Positions 44,159 through 56,641 are shown, counted from the first letter of the stretch. The stretch: 64,000 bases of DNA from an uncultured bacterium (GCA_963695095.1 CAVOFT010000001.1:2464001-2528000); one strand, 5' to 3'. Translations and numbers: made by a program. Notes: a model not told the origin generated them from the sequence alone.

Positions 44159-45154
44159 CTACTGCTCGCGCTCCACGACGTAATCGACGGTGGCGTCGAG
44201 CGCGCGGCGACTATCGCCGTCAGGCAGGCGGCCCAGCGCGCCGCGCGCCGCCTCGCCATAGCGCCGCGCCTCGGCGAGCGCTGCGCGGGGCCCACCCAGC
44301 CGCCGCACCAGGCCGACGATGTCGTCGCGGCCGCTCGCGCCGGCCGCCAGCAGGGCCTCGAGCTGGGCGCGCTCGCCGGGCCCGGCGGCCGCGTGCGCGA
44401 GGAGCAGGGGCAGCGTCTGCTTGCCCTCCGCCAGGTCGCTGCCCACCGGCTTGCCCAGGGTGTCGGGATCGGCCTCGTAATCGAGCACGTCGTCGACGAT
44501 CTGGAAGGCCATGCCCACGTTGCGTCCGAAGTCCGCATAGGCGGCCACGATCGCCGGCGGCGCGGCGGCCAGGATGGCCCCGCTGGCGCAGCAGGCCTCG
44601 ATGAGTCGGGCGGTCTTCTCGTAGATGACGCGGCGGTAGGCCTCCTCGCTGAGCAGGCGCTGGCTCTGCAGATCGAGCTGCATCAGCTCGCCCACGCTCA
44701 TGCGGTGGACGGTGGTGGCGAGCAGGCCGAGCACCTGGGTCAGCTCGGCCTCCACGAGCAAGGTGATCGCCCGCGAGTAGATGAAGTCCCCCATCAGGAT
44801 GGCCGCCCCGTCGCCGCTGGCGGCGTTGAGGGTGGGCCGCCCGCGGCGCTGGAGGCTGGCGTCGACGACGTCGTCGTGCAGGAGCGTGGCCGTGTGGATC
44901 ATCTCGACGACGGCGGCGGCCAGGAGCGCGGCCGGGCTCGAAGTGCCCGGCCGCTCGGCGGCCAGGAGCACCAGCGCCGGGCGCAAGCGCTTGCCGTGGG
45001 GGGCGAGCACCGTTTCCAGGAGGCCGGTGATGTAGGGCAGCTCCGAGCACAGGCGATCGCGGATCAGCGCCTCGACGCGGGCGAGGTCCGCGTCGAGGGC
45101 TTCGCGCAAGGCCCCGTTGCCCAGCTTGAGCCCCTTGAGAAAAGCCGGCTTCAT
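44159..45154 (-). CDS. Trans-polyprenyl diphosphate synthase (IspB/HepT-like)
   Basis: GKRLRP, HTATLLHDDVVD..RRG, KTA, AFQIVDDVLD, GKQTLP. Confidence 0.92.
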   Translation of the reverse strand: MKPAFLKGLKLGNGALREALDADLARVEALIRDRLCSELPYITGLLETVLAPHGKRLRPALVLLAAERPGTSSPAALLAAAVVEMIHTATLLHDDVVDASLQRRGRPTLNAASGDGAAILMGDFIYSRAITLLVEAELTQVLGLLATTVHRMSVGELMQLDLQSQRLLSEEAYRRVIYEKTARLIEACCASGAILAAAPPAIVAAYADFGRNVGMAFQIVDDVLDYEADPDTLGKPVGSDLAEGKQTLPLLLAHAAAGPGERAQLEALLAAGASGRDDIVGLVRRLGGPRAALAEARRYGEAARGALGRLPDGDSRRALDATVDYVVEREQ

Positions 45155-45214
45155 CCGTCTCCCGGAGCGCGCGGCGCCCGCGCCCTCATTCACTGTAACT
45201 GACTGCCATGTCGC

Positions 45215-45243
45215 AAATTATCACAGAGAGGGAGGAGTGTCAA
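45215..45243 (-). promoter_or_regulatory. Putative sigma70 promoter overlapping the end of tatC
   Basis: TTGACA followed by TGATAATTT at the expected spacing. Confidence 0.5.
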
Positions 45244-45994
45244 CGGAGCTGCCCGCCGCGGGCTTCCGTCTCCGCCTGGCCACCGTGAGGGCGAGGACGC
45301 AACTGACGAGGTACAGGAGCAGCAGGGGGGCCGCCATCAGGGTCTGGCCGACCATGTCCCCGCCCGGGGTCAGGATGGCGCTGAGGATGAGGATCACCAC
45401 GATCGCCATCTGCCACTGCCCCAGCAGCCAGCGCGGCGAGACGAGGCCGAGCAGCGAGAGCAGGAAGATGACGATGGGCAGCTGGAAGGCGATGCCGAAG
45501 GCGACGCTCATCTTGGCCACCAGCGTGAAGAGCTCGGTGATGCCCAGCGTCATCTGCATGCTGGGCGTGACGAGCCCGAAGAAGTAGTCCAGGCTCAGCG
45601 GCACGATGATCAGATAGCCGAAGACGGTGCCCGCGTAGAAGAGCAGCGCCGAGAAGAGCAGGACCAGGCGCAGGTGCAGGCGCTCGTGGCGGTAGAGGGC
45701 AGGGGCGAGGAAGGTCCAGAGCTTCCAGAGGATGATCGGAGTGCCGACGAAGAGCCCTGTCGCCGCGCTGACCTTGAGGCGGATCATGAAGGCTTCGGTC
45801 GGCGCGAAGACATGGGCGGGCGCGCCGTTGGGCAGCAGCCGGACCACGAAGTCGAGGATGCGGTCGGCGATGGCCCAGGCCGCCGCCGTGCCGACGGCGA
45901 TCACGATCACGGTCGTGATCAGCAGCGTGCGCAGGGCCTCCAGGTGCTGGAGGAAGGGCATGCTCGGCAGATCTTCGCGGCGGGGGTCGGCCAT
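45221..45994 (-). CDS. tatC: Twin-arginine translocase subunit TatC
   Basis: MPFLQHLEALR, PTEAF, FLAPALYRHE, FQLPI, SAILTP. Confidence 0.93.
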   Translation of the reverse strand: MADPRREDLPSMPFLQHLEALRTLLITTVIVIAVGTAAAWAIADRILDFVVRLLPNGAPAHVFAPTEAFMIRLKVSAATGLFVGTPIILWKLWTFLAPALYRHERLHLRLVLLFSALLFYAGTVFGYLIIVPLSLDYFFGLVTPSMQMTLGITELFTLVAKMSVAFGIAFQLPIVIFLLSLLGLVSPRWLLGQWQMAIVVILILSAILTPGGDMVGQTLMAAPLLLLYLVSCVLALTVARRRRKPAAGSSVDTPPSL

Positions 45995-46935
45995 CAGTTG
46001 CCGAGGTACTTGACCGTATAATTGAGATTCTGGACGATGCTCTGCTCGGCACCGGTGGCTTCGCCCTTCTCATTCGTCGCCCGCTGGTTGATCACGAACT
46101 TCGCCTTGCCCGCGTCCTGCAGCATGAAGCCGCGGCTCTTGTCGAAGAGGCCGCCCCCTTCGAGCTCGATGCGGCCGCTGACCCGGGCGCTGCCGCCGCC
46201 GGCGGCGCGGGGCGGCGCGCTGATCAGCCCGTCCAGCTCGAGCTTGCCCTTGTAGCGCAAACGCGCACAGCTCCGGCCCTGCCAGCTCTCATCGCCGACA
46301 TAGGTGTAGGTGACCATCGAGTCCTTCATCGCCGAGCGCATCGCCGCGAGCGCTGCCTCCTGGAGCGGCTCCTGCCAGCTCTCGCCGGGCCGCGGCGCCT
46401 GCGCGGGCACCGTGATGTCCAGGGGAGCGAGGCCGCCCTGCAGCTGATCGAAGACGGCGAGGAATTCGTCGTCCTTGCTCGGGCGGGCGACCGGCTCGAA
46501 GCCGGACTTCGTCTTGCGATAGCGGGTGCTGAAGCCCTCCAGGCGCTTGACCGCATCCTGAGGCTCGATGGCCATGCCGCCGCCGCTGCGCACGCCCGCG
46601 CTCAGCTTGCTGAAGCGCACCTCGCAGGTCCAGTCCTCGCCCTCGGGCTGCCAGTCCCGGGCCTCCCACTGATAGCGGAGGTTGCTGATATAGGAGGTGC
46701 CGCGCACTTCCGCCTCGCTGGCGATTTCGACGCTGAAGCTGAGGGGCGCCGCCGGCAACGCAAAGCCGAAGTCGAGCGGTGGGCCGGCGGGCGCCGTGCC
46801 GACGGCCAGGCCGACGCCGCTGCCGACAGCGCCGCCGCCGCAACCGGCGAGACCGAGGGCCAGGGCCATGGCGCCCAGGAGGATGGCGGCCGCCAGGCCG
46901 GCGGCAGACTGCCTGCGCATCGCTCTCATGGTCAT
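45994..46935 (-). CDS. Hypothetical lipoprotein, possibly with twin-Arg signal
   Basis: MRRQS..hydrophobic..LAG-C lipobox; beta-rich mature region (PRPGESWQ, FDKSRG). Confidence 0.7.
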   Translation of the reverse strand: MTMRAMRRQSAAGLAAAILLGAMALALGLAGCGGGAVGSGVGLAVGTAPAGPPLDFGFALPAAPLSFSVEIASEAEVRGTSYISNLRYQWEARDWQPEGEDWTCEVRFSKLSAGVRSGGGMAIEPQDAVKRLEGFSTRYRKTKSGFEPVARPSKDDEFLAVFDQLQGGLAPLDITVPAQAPRPGESWQEPLQEAALAAMRSAMKDSMVTYTYVGDESWQGRSCARLRYKGKLELDGLISAPPRAAGGGSARVSGRIELEGGGLFDKSRGFMLQDAGKAKFVINQRATNEKGEATGAEQSIVQNLNYTVKYLGN

Positions 46936-47405
46936 TCCTTCCTTCCTTCGCGCTGGTCGAGGAGGCGGTTCAGTTCCGCCGCGAAGTGACTCAGGTCTGC
47001 AAAGCGCCGATAGACCGAGGCGAAGCGCACGTAGGCCACCTCGTCCAGCACGCGCAGGCGCTCCATCACCGCTTCGCCGATCGCCTGCGAAGTGAGCTCG
47101 CCGCCGAGGCTGGCGTAGACGAGGTCGCGCTCCACCGAATCCACCAGGCGTTCGAGCGCGTCGCGCGAGACCGGTCGCTTCTCGCAGGCCTTGAGCAGTC
47201 CGCCCAGGATCTTCTCGCGCTCGTAGGAGACGCGGCGGCCGTCCGCCTTGACCACCGTGACGGGGCTGCGCTCCACGTGCTCGTAGGTCGTATAGCGCGC
47301 ACCGCAGCTCGTGCACTCGCGGCGGCGCCGGACGGCCTCGTCCTCGCGCGTGCTGCGCGAGTCGACCACCCGGTCTTCGTTGTGGCCACAGAAGGGGCAC
47401 TTCAC
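46932..47405 (-). CDS. nrdR: Transcriptional repressor NrdR
   Basis: [29 protein letters not shown] cone, [13 protein letters not shown]. Confidence 0.96.
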   Translation of the reverse strand: MKCPFCGHNEDRVVDSRSTREDEAVRRRRECTSCGARYTTYEHVERSPVTVVKADGRRVSYEREKILGGLLKACEKRPVSRDALERLVDSVERDLVYASLGGELTSQAIGEAVMERLRVLDEVAYVRFASVYRRFADLSHFAAELNRLLDQREGRKE

Positions 47406-47430
47406 CCCACGCCTCCCGGTTGCGCAGCGC

Positions 47431-48727
<1,297 letters not shown>

Positions 48728-48756
48728 CTCCCTGCGATCGATCCGCGTGCGGGCAC

Positions 48757-49215
48757 TCAGCGCTGGCTCTTGCCCGTCTCCCGCTCGTAGGCCCGGATGC
48801 GCTCCACGCGAGGGGCATGGCGCCCCCCGGCGAAAGGCGTCGCGAGCCAGAGCGCGAGCCAGGCCTGGGCGCGCGGAGCGTCCAGCCAGTTGCCGGGCAG
48901 CACGAGGATGTTCGCGTCGTTGTGTTCGCGCGACAGGCGCGCGCTCGCCTCGTCATAGACGAGGGCGGCGCGCGCACCCGCCACCTTGTTCGCGGCGATG
49001 GACATGCCGATGCCCGTGCCGCAGATGAGGATGCCCCGCTCCGCCTCGCCGGCGGCCACGCGCTCGGCCAGGTCCAGGGCGTAATCCGGATAATCGACCG
49101 CCGCCTCGTCCTGGGTGCCCAGGTCGGCGACGGCATGGCCCTCGCCGCGCAGCCAGTCGGCGAGGGCGTTCTTCAGCGCCACGCCGCGGTGATCCGTGGC
49201 GATGGCCAGGCGCAC
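48757..49215 (-). CDS. rpiB: Ribose-5-phosphate isomerase B
   Basis: [37 protein letters not shown]. Confidence 0.94.
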   Translation of the reverse strand: MRLAIATDHRGVALKNALADWLRGEGHAVADLGTQDEAAVDYPDYALDLAERVAAGEAERGILICGTGIGMSIAANKVAGARAALVYDEASARLSREHNDANILVLPGNWLDAPRAQAWLALWLATPFAGGRHAPRVERIRAYERETGKSQR

Positions 49216-50156
49216 TAGCGCTTCACCGCCGCGGGCTTCACCAGCGTCAGCCAGCCGTAGCGATCCTCGTAGCTGCCGTCGAACATCCCGAAGAAGCGCT
49301 CCTGAAGCTGCTTGGCGATGGGGCCGCGGCTGCCGTTGCCGATCGGGATGCGATCGATGCTGCGGATCGGCGACACCTCGGAGGCCGAGCCGGTGAAGAA
49401 GACCTCGTCGGCGAGATAGAGCATCTCGCGCACGATGGTCGCCTCGCGCACCTCGTAGCCCATTTCCCCGAGCAGGGTGATCACCGTGGCGCGCGTGATC
49501 CCCGCCAGGATGGAGCCCGAGAGCGGCGTCGTCCAGACCACGCCGTCGCGCACGAGGAAGAGGTTCTCGCCGCTGCCCTCGCTGACGTAGCCGTGGATAT
49601 CCAGGCCGATGCCCTCGACGTAGCCGTTGATCGTGGCTTCCATGCGGATGAGCTGGCTGTTCATGTAGTTGCTGCCGGCCTTGGCCATGTTGGGCATGGT
49701 GTTCGGCGCGCAGCGCTGCCAGCTCGACACGCAGACGTCGACGCCCTGCTCGAGCGCCTCCGGGCCCAGGTACTTGCCCCACTCCCAGACGGCGATGGCG
49801 ACATCGATGGGACAGCCGGCGGGGTTCACCCCCACCTCGCCGTAGCCGCGGTAGACCAGCGGCCGGATGTAGCACTCCTCCAGGCCGTTGACAACCACGG
49901 TCTCGAGCATGGCCGCGCGCAGGGCGGCGTGGTCGTAGGGCACCTGCATGCGGTAGATCTTGGCGGACTCGAGCAGCCGGCGGACGTGCTCGTCCAGCCT
50001 GAAGACCGCCGGTCCGGCGGGGGTCTTGTAGACCCGGATGCCCTCGAAGACGCTGCTGCCGTAGTGCAGCGCATGGCTGAGGACATGGATCTTCGCCTCG
50101 TCCCACTTCACGAGCTTGCCGTTCATCCAGATGGTGTCGGCCTTCTTCACCGGCAT
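49215..50156 (-). CDS. ilvE: Branched-chain amino acid aminotransferase
   Basis: [38 protein letters not shown]. Confidence 0.94.
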   Translation of the reverse strand: MPVKKADTIWMNGKLVKWDEAKIHVLSHALHYGSSVFEGIRVYKTPAGPAVFRLDEHVRRLLESAKIYRMQVPYDHAALRAAMLETVVVNGLEECYIRPLVYRGYGEVGVNPAGCPIDVAIAVWEWGKYLGPEALEQGVDVCVSSWQRCAPNTMPNMAKAGSNYMNSQLIRMEATINGYVEGIGLDIHGYVSEGSGENLFLVRDGVVWTTPLSGSILAGITRATVITLLGEMGYEVREATIVREMLYLADEVFFTGSASEVSPIRSIDRIPIGNGSRGPIAKQLQERFFGMFDGSYEDRYGWLTLVKPAAVKR

Positions 50157-50169
50157 CGCCGCCTCCCTT

Positions 50170-50652
50170 TCACGCGGTCCGCTGCGCCCCCAGGCGCGCC
50201 AGGGCCCGCTCGATGTAGCTCTCAATTTCGTCGGCCGTCTCGGCGTAGTCTGCGGCGCTGCCGCCGATGGGATCGGCGACCCCGGGTCCCATGGGCGGCT
50301 CCCCCGCCCATTCGCTGAGCAGGACCACCGACTTCGCCTTCGCTTCGGGAAACTCACGCACCGCGAGCCGGTGCTCCTCTTCCATCGCCACGATCACATC
50401 CGCCCAGGCGATCTCCGCGGCGCCCAGCCGGCGCGCGCGATGGCCGCTGATGTCGATGCCCTTGGCGCGCAGGATCTTGACACCGTGCTCGGTGGCCGGC
50501 ATGCCGTCCCTGGCGATCAGACCGACGGAGGCACAGCTCAGCGCAAGACCGCACTGGAGGGCATGATGGCGGGCCAGACCTTCGGCCATGGGACTGCGAC
50601 AGATGTTGCCCGTGCAAACGAAGAGGACGCGCAGCGGGTCCATGGCCTCCAT
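50170..50652 (-). CDS. Low-molecular-weight protein Tyr/Arg phosphatase (YwlE-like)
   Basis: [19 protein letters not shown]. Confidence 0.9.
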   Translation of the reverse strand: MEAMDPLRVLFVCTGNICRSPMAEGLARHHALQCGLALSCASVGLIARDGMPATEHGVKILRAKGIDISGHRARRLGAAEIAWADVIVAMEEEHRLAVREFPEAKAKSVVLLSEWAGEPPMGPGVADPIGGSAADYAETADEIESYIERALARLGAQRTA

Positions 50653-50663
50653 CCGGATTCAGC

Positions 50664-51314
50664 TCAGGGCGCCCCCGCCGTCTGCACGAAAGGGGTCCGG
50701 CCCTCCCGCAGCACCTTCGCCGGCCGGCAGGTCAGGTCCACGAGCGTCGAGGGCAGCGCCCCCTCGGCAGCGACCCGCGCCTCCAGTTCGGAGTCGGAAA
50801 CCACGAGGCCGACATTGTCGCCAAACAACTTAACAATCTCGGCCGCGTTGGCAAGAGGCGGCTCGCCGGCCAGGTTGGCGCTGGTGGACAGGAGCGGCGC
50901 GTCGAGATAGCCCAGCAGCTCGCGCAGGAAGGGCGTGTCGGGCAGGCGGAAGGCGATGCGCGGCTGGCCGTCCTCGCCCTCGCTGGTCCACGCGCCGGGA
51001 GCCTCCGGCAGGGCCCGCAGGATGAAGCTGATCGGCTGGCCCAGGTGGCGCTCGAGGACCGCCCGCTCGCCGGGTTCCAGGCGGGCAAAGCGCTCCACGC
51101 ACTGCAGATCCGGCGCAAGGAGGATGAAGGCCCGGTCGGCGCCGGCATAGCCCTTCACGCGGGCGATGCGCTCGGCCATGCCCGGGGTCGTGGCCAGGCC
51201 GTGCAGCCCGTAGAGCGTGTCCGTGGGCAGAACGGCCACGCGGCCGACGCTCAGCGTGCGCACCGCCTCCAGGCAGGCCCGTGCGTCGTGAACGGAGATC
51301 GAGTGTTCCTTCAT
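50664..51314 (-). CDS. tsaC: Threonylcarbamoyl-AMP synthase (TsaC/YrdC family)
   Basis: PTDTLYGL, STSANLAG, PSTLVD, LREG. Confidence 0.85.
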   Translation of the reverse strand: MKEHSISVHDARACLEAVRTLSVGRVAVLPTDTLYGLHGLATTPGMAERIARVKGYAGADRAFILLAPDLQCVERFARLEPGERAVLERHLGQPISFILRALPEAPGAWTSEGEDGQPRIAFRLPDTPFLRELLGYLDAPLLSTSANLAGEPPLANAAEIVKLFGDNVGLVVSDSELEARVAAEGALPSTLVDLTCRPAKVLREGRTPFVQTAGAP

Positions 51315-51315
51315 C

Positions 51316-51777
51316 TCAGCTCCATTCCTCCCTGTAACTAGACAACTTGGCCGATACAGCCGCATCCTCGATCCCGAGGATGGCCCCGGCCAAGAGGGCG
51401 GCGTTCACGGCCCCGCCCTTGCCGATCGCCACCGTCGCCACGGGGACCCCGCGCGGCATCTGCACCATCGAAAGCAGGGCATCGATGCCGGCCAGGGGGC
51501 CGGCCGCCACGGGCACGCCGATCACGGGCAGCGTGGTGTGGGCCGCCACCACGCCGGGCAGCGCCGCACTCAGCCCGGCGATGGCGATGAGCACCTTGAG
51601 CCCGCGCCCGCGGGCCTCCTGCGCCCAGCGCGCCACCTGCTCCGGGTTGCGATGCGCGCTGGCCACGAGCTGCTCGCTGGCGATGCCGAGCTGCTCCAGG
51701 GTGGCCACGCAGGGCTCGAGCAGCTCCTTGTCCGAGGCGCTGCCCAGGATGATGCCCACGCGGACGGCAGCCTTCAT
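51316..51777 (-). CDS. purE: N5-CAIR mutase / AIR carboxylase PurE
   Basis: GSASD, SAHRNP, AGLSAALPG, PVIGVP, QMPRGVPVATV. Confidence 0.95.
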   Translation of the reverse strand: MKAAVRVGIILGSASDKELLEPCVATLEQLGIASEQLVASAHRNPEQVARWAQEARGRGLKVLIAIAGLSAALPGVVAAHTTLPVIGVPVAAGPLAGIDALLSMVQMPRGVPVATVAIGKGGAVNAALLAGAILGIEDAAVSAKLSSYREEWS

Positions 51778-53072
51778 CGTCCCCCTCCTTTCGACAGGGC
51801 GCGCCAGCCGATGTCGCGGCGCAGGTAGCGGTTCGCGAAGCGGATGCTGTCCAGACGACGGTAGCAGCGCGCGGCCGCCTGGGGCAGGTCGCGGCCCAGC
51901 GCCGTCACCGCCAGCACCCGCCCGCCCGCGCTGAGCAGGCGCTCGCCCTCCCGGCGCGTGCCGGCGTGAAAGACGAACTGGGTCTCGCCGTCGCCCGGCT
52001 GGGGAGCGAGGCCGCTGATCTCGTGGCCCGCGCTGTAGTCGCCCGGGTAGCCCTCCGCGGCCAGCACGACCGCGAGGCTGGCCTCCGGCCGGATGCTGAT
52101 CGCCTCCGGCTCGAGACGCCCGTCCGCGGCGCTGGCCAGCAGGCGGCCGAAGTCGCCCGCCACGCGCGGCAGCACGGCCTGGGTCTCCGGATCGCCGAAG
52201 CGGCAGTTGAACTCGAGCAGGCGCGGCCCCTCGGCGGTGATCATCAGGCCCGCGTAGAGCAGGCCGCGGTAGTCCATGCCCTCGGCGGCCAGGCCGGCCA
52301 GGCTGCGGGCGATGAGCGGCTCGCCGAGGGCGAGAAGCTCGGCTTCGGCGATGGGCACGACGGGGCTGTAGGCGCCCATGCCGCCCGTGTTGGGACCGCT
52401 GTCGCCGGCCCCCACGCGCTTGTGGTCCTGGCTGGGCGGCAGCAGGCAGAAGCGCTCGCCGTCGCAGACGGCCAGGAGCGAGACCTCATAGCCCTCGAGG
52501 CGCTCTTCCACCAGGAGGCGGCGGCCGGCCTCGCCGAAGCTGGCTCCGGCGAGCATGGCGGCGCCCGCGGCCCTGGCCTCGGCGCGCCCGCCCGGCAGCA
52601 GCACGCCCTTGCCGCCGGCCAGTCCGTCGGCCTTGAGCACGATCCCCTCGCCCAGGGCGGCGAGGGCCGCATCCAGCTCGGCGAGGCTGCCCACCGCCCG
52701 GGCCCGGGCCGTGGGCAGGCCATGGCGCTCGCAGAAGGCCTTGGCGAAGAGCTTGGAGCCTTCCAGGCGGGCGCCGCTGGCGCCCGGTCCGAAGACGGCG
52801 ATGCCGCGGTCCCGCAGCAGGTCGGCCAGGCCCGCGACCAGGGGCGCCTCGGGGCCGATCACCACCAGGTCCGGCGCTGCGGCGGCCAGGGCCGCTGCCT
52901 GGGCCGCCGGATCGGTCGCGACTGTCGGATCGGCAGCCGGCGGTGTCCAGCCGGCAAGCTCCGTGCCGCCGTTGCCGGGCCACACGCTCAGCTCGCTGAC
53001 GGACGGAGAACTCGCCAGCCGCCAGGCCAGCGCGTGTTCCCTCCCCCCGGCGCCGATGACGATGACGCGCAT
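51774..53072 (-). CDS. purD: Phosphoribosylamine--glycine ligase
   Basis: GAGGREHAL, GPEAPL, LEGSK, QDHKR..GPNTGGMG, EFNCRFGDPE. Confidence 0.96.
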   Translation of the reverse strand: MRVIVIGAGGREHALAWRLASSPSVSELSVWPGNGGTELAGWTPPAADPTVATDPAAQAAALAAAAPDLVVIGPEAPLVAGLADLLRDRGIAVFGPGASGARLEGSKLFAKAFCERHGLPTARARAVGSLAELDAALAALGEGIVLKADGLAGGKGVLLPGGRAEARAAGAAMLAGASFGEAGRRLLVEERLEGYEVSLLAVCDGERFCLLPPSQDHKRVGAGDSGPNTGGMGAYSPVVPIAEAELLALGEPLIARSLAGLAAEGMDYRGLLYAGLMITAEGPRLLEFNCRFGDPETQAVLPRVAGDFGRLLASAADGRLEPEAISIRPEASLAVVLAAEGYPGDYSAGHEISGLAPQPGDGETQFVFHAGTRREGERLLSAGGRVLAVTALGRDLPQAAARCYRRLDSIRFANRYLRRDIGWRALSKGGGR

Positions 53073-53074
53073 GA

Positions 53075-53128
53075 TCCATCCTTTCTCTGCTGAGGATGGA
53101 CTCTACCCGGAAGCGGCCGACCCGACAA
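53075..53128 (-). promoter_or_regulatory. Putative purD promoter with an 8-bp inverted repeat between the -10 box and the start codon
   Basis: TTGTCG-17 nt-TAGAGT; TCCATCCT (53075-53082) / AGGATGGA (53093-53100). Confidence 0.45.
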
Positions 53129-53140
53129 CTGGATTTGAGA

Positions 53141-54029
53141 TCAGTCGCGGATGTAGGGGCGGCCGAGGGCCGCCGGCGGCCGGCTCTTGCCGATGACGCC
53201 GGCCAGGGCGACCATGGTGAGCAGGTAGGGCAGCATCTGCACGAAGCGCAGCGGGCAGCCAGGCGAATTGGAGCTGGCCCTGCAGCGACTCGGCGAAGCC
53301 GAAGAGCAGCGCGGCGGCGAGCAGGCCGCCCGGGCGCCAGCGGCCGAAGATCAGGGCCGCGAGGGCGATGTAGCCCCGTCCCGCGCTCATGTTCTTGACG
53401 AAGTAGCCGGCGCCCAGGCTGAGGAAGGCGCCGCCGAGACCGGCCAGGACACCGCTGAGCAGGACGGCCGCCAGGCGCAAGCGCAGCACGGACAGACCGA
53501 GGGACTCCGCGGCCTCCGGGTGCTCGCCGACCGCGCGCAGGCGCAGACCGAAGGGGGTGCGCAGCAGCAGCCAGGCGCAGATGGGCACGGCGAGCAGGGC
53601 GAGCCAGGTCAAGGGCGGCAACTCGACGGAACAGCCAGCCGAGCGAGCCGTCTCCGGGCGCGGCCAGCGCGATGCGGGGCGAGTTCGCGCCGCTGCCGTA
53701 GAGCACCCACATCAGGAACTCGGTGACGCCCATCGCCAGCATGTTGAGGGCGATGCCGCTGACGATCTGATCCACGCCGAAGCGCAGCGCGACGAGGGCG
53801 TGCAGGGCGGCGAGCGTGAGGCCGCCCAGCATGGCCGCGAGCAGGGCCAGCGGCAGCGAGCCGGTGGCGATGGCCACCGCGGCGGCGCTGAAGGCGCCCA
53901 CGAGCAGGATGCCCTCGAGGGCGATGTTCACCACGCCGCCCGCTCCGAGAACATGCCGCCGAGGCCGGCGAAGACGAGCGGCGTCGCCGTGCGCAGGGTG
54001 CCGAAGAGGAGACCGAGGAGCAGGCTCAT
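53141..54029 (-). CDS. Nucleoside/sugar ABC permease (NupC/RnsD-like), several frameshifts
   Basis: ATPLVFAGLGGMFSER, GVVNIALEG, DQIVSG, TPFGLRLRAVGEHP, GRGYIALAALIFG, PAALG across frames. Confidence 0.85.
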
Positions 54030-55127
54030 GCGCCGCCGCCCCTGGCGCCGGCGGCGCCGGCGCCGCCAGTTCGCCGATGCTGACCACGAGCGAGGATGAT
54101 CAGCGCCTGCAGCACCACCACCAGTTCGCGCGGCACCTCGGTGAAGATGTCGATCTCCAGCGCGCCCGGTGTTGAGGAAGCCGAACAGGAGCGCGGCCAG
54201 CAGGATGCCGCCGGGATGGTTGCGGCCCATCAGCGCCACGGCGATGCCGAGGAAGCCCAGCCCCGAGGAGAAGTTGTCCAGGAAGCGGTGCCGATAGAGC
54301 AGCACCTCGTGGACGCCGACCAGCCCGGCCAGGGCGCCGCTGACCGCCATGCGCCAGGATGGTCACGCGCCCGACATCGATGCCCGCCTGGCGCGCGGCT
54401 GCGGGCCCCTGCCCACGGCCCGCAGGCGATAGCCCGCCACGCTCCAGCGCAGCAGCGCCCAGACGACCAGCGCGGCGGCGAGGGCGAGCAGCAGGGAGGG
54501 CCCCAGCGGATTGGCGGCCGAGAGCCCAGCGCCCGGCCGGCGGCGCTGTCGGCGAAGGGGTGCAGGTGGTAGCCGGCGGCGATCCGCGGCGTGTGCGGGA
54601 TCATCTGGCCGGGCTCCTTCAGGTAGCGCTCGACGAGGTAGCCCGTCAGGCCCACGGCGATGAAGTTCAGCATGATCGTGTTGATCACCTCGTGCACGCC
54701 GAAGCGCGCGCGCAGCCAGCCGGGGATGGCGCCCCAGAGGGCGCCGCCGAGCGCGGCGGCGGCCACGGCCGCGGGCAGGGCCAGCCAGCGCGGCAGCCCG
54801 GGCAGGGCGAGCGCCAGCGCCGCCGCCGCGAAGGCGCCGATGTAGAGCTGACCCTCGGCGCCGATGTTGAAGAGCCCGGCGCGGAAGGCGTAGGCCACGC
54901 TGAGCCCGGTGAAGATGAGCGGCGTGGCGTCGAAGAGCACGCGGGCGAAGCCGTCGCCGGAGCCCAGGCCCTGGCGGAAGAGCAAGGGCAGCACGGCGGC
55001 CGGCGACTCGCCGATGGCCGCCACGATGAGGGCGCTGGCGCCCAGGCCGAGGGCGAGGGCGAGCGCCGGCGGCCAGAGCGCAGCCCAGAGTGCGCCGCAG
55101 GACGCGGTAGCGCGCGCGCTCAGGCAT
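54026..55127 (-). CDS. Nucleoside/sugar ABC permease (NupB/RnsC-like), several frameshifts; start approximate
   Basis: TPLIFTGLSVA..GLFNIGAEGQ, EVINTIMLN, GYRLRAVG, GFLGIAVALMGRNHP. Confidence 0.85.
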
Positions 55128-56641
55128 CCGCCGCCCCCTTGGCGCCGGTCATCCACAGGCCGAGCTCGGGCTCGTCCACCGCCGCGCTGGGGAAGACGGC
55201 GACGAGGCGGCCCTTGTAGAGCACGGCGATGCGATCGCTGAGCGAGAGCAACTCGGTGAGCTCGGCGAGATGAGCAGGATGGCCAGGCCCTGCTCCCGCA
55301 GCGCCAGGAGCCGGCGGTGGATGGCCTCGATGGCCCCCACGTCCACCCCGCGCGTGGGCTGCGCGGCCACGAGCACGCGGGGACCAGCATCCAGCTCGCG
55401 GGCGAGCACCAGCTTCTGCTGGTTGCCGCCCGACAGCTCGGCCGCCGGCTGCTCGAGGGAGTCGACCCGCAGATCGTAGGTCGCGCTGCGCCGCTGGGCC
55501 AGGGCCTGGACCGCCGCGGGGCGGAGCCAGCCGGCGCGGCTCAGCGCAGGCTCGTCCTCCTGGCCGAGGATGAGGTTTTCGCGGAGGCTCATCGCGAGCA
55601 CGAGGCCGCTCTTCTGGCGGTCCTCGGGCACCAGGCGGATGCCCGCCTCGCGCGCGCGGCGCGGCGTCAGGGGCGGCAGCAGTTCCCCGTCGAGGCTGAG
55701 CGTGCCGGCGTCGGGCTGGCGCAGGCCGGTCACCAGTTCGACCAGCTCGCGCTGGCCGTTGCCCTGCACGCCGGCCAGGCCGAGGATCTCGCCGGCGTGC
55801 AGATCCAGATCGATCGCCGTCGAGCGGCGCCACGCCCGGCCGGCGCGCGAGCGCGATGCCGCGCAGGGCCGAGGCGCAGCGGGCCCGGCGCCTGCTCGCG
55901 CTTGTCCACGCGCAGGAGCACGTCGCGGCCCACCATCAGGCGGGCGAGGCCCGCGGCATCGGCCTCGCCCCGCTCCAGGCGCCCCACGTGGCGGCCGCGG
56001 CGCATGACGTCCACCGTGTCGGCCAGGGCCAGCACCTCGTCGAGCTTGTGCGTGATGAGGACGATGGTCTTGCCCTCGGCCTTGAGACGGCCGAGCAAGT
56101 CGAAGAGGAACTCCGCCTCCTGCGGACTGAGCACGCCCGTGGGTTCGTCGAGGATCAGGAACTCGGCGCCGCGGTGGAGGACCTTCAGGATCTCCAGCAT
56201 CTGCGCCTGGCCGACGGCGAGGGCCTCGGCGGGCAGATCGGGATCGAAGCTGAGGGCCAGGCGCCCGGCGCTCTCGGCCAGGGCCTGCCGCGCCGCGGCG
56301 CGGTCCAGGCGCAGGCGACTGCCGGGCTCGACCCCGAGCACGAGGTTCTCGGCCGCGCTCAGGGTGTCCACCAGCATGAAGTGCTGGTGGACCATGCCCA
56401 GACCGCGGGCGATGGCGTCCTGGCTGCTCTTCAGGCGCACGGCTTCGCCGTCGATGAGGATGCGCCCGGCGTCGGGCCGCAGCATGCCGAACAGGAGGCG
56501 CATGAGCGTGGTCTTGCCGGCCCCGTTCTCGCCCACCAGCGCGTAGAGGCGACCCGGCGCGAAGTCCAGGGAGACGTCCGTCACGGCGGCCACGGCGCCG
56601 AAGGCGCGCGAGAGCCGCTCGAGCGCGACGCGCGGGGCCAA
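55120..56641 (-). CDS. Nucleoside/sugar ABC ATPase with two NBDs (NupA/RnsB-like), frameshifted
   Basis: GENGAGKTT, MVHQHF, LDEPT, VPEDR, LSGGNQQK, QPTRGVD, LSDRIAV. Confidence 0.88.
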
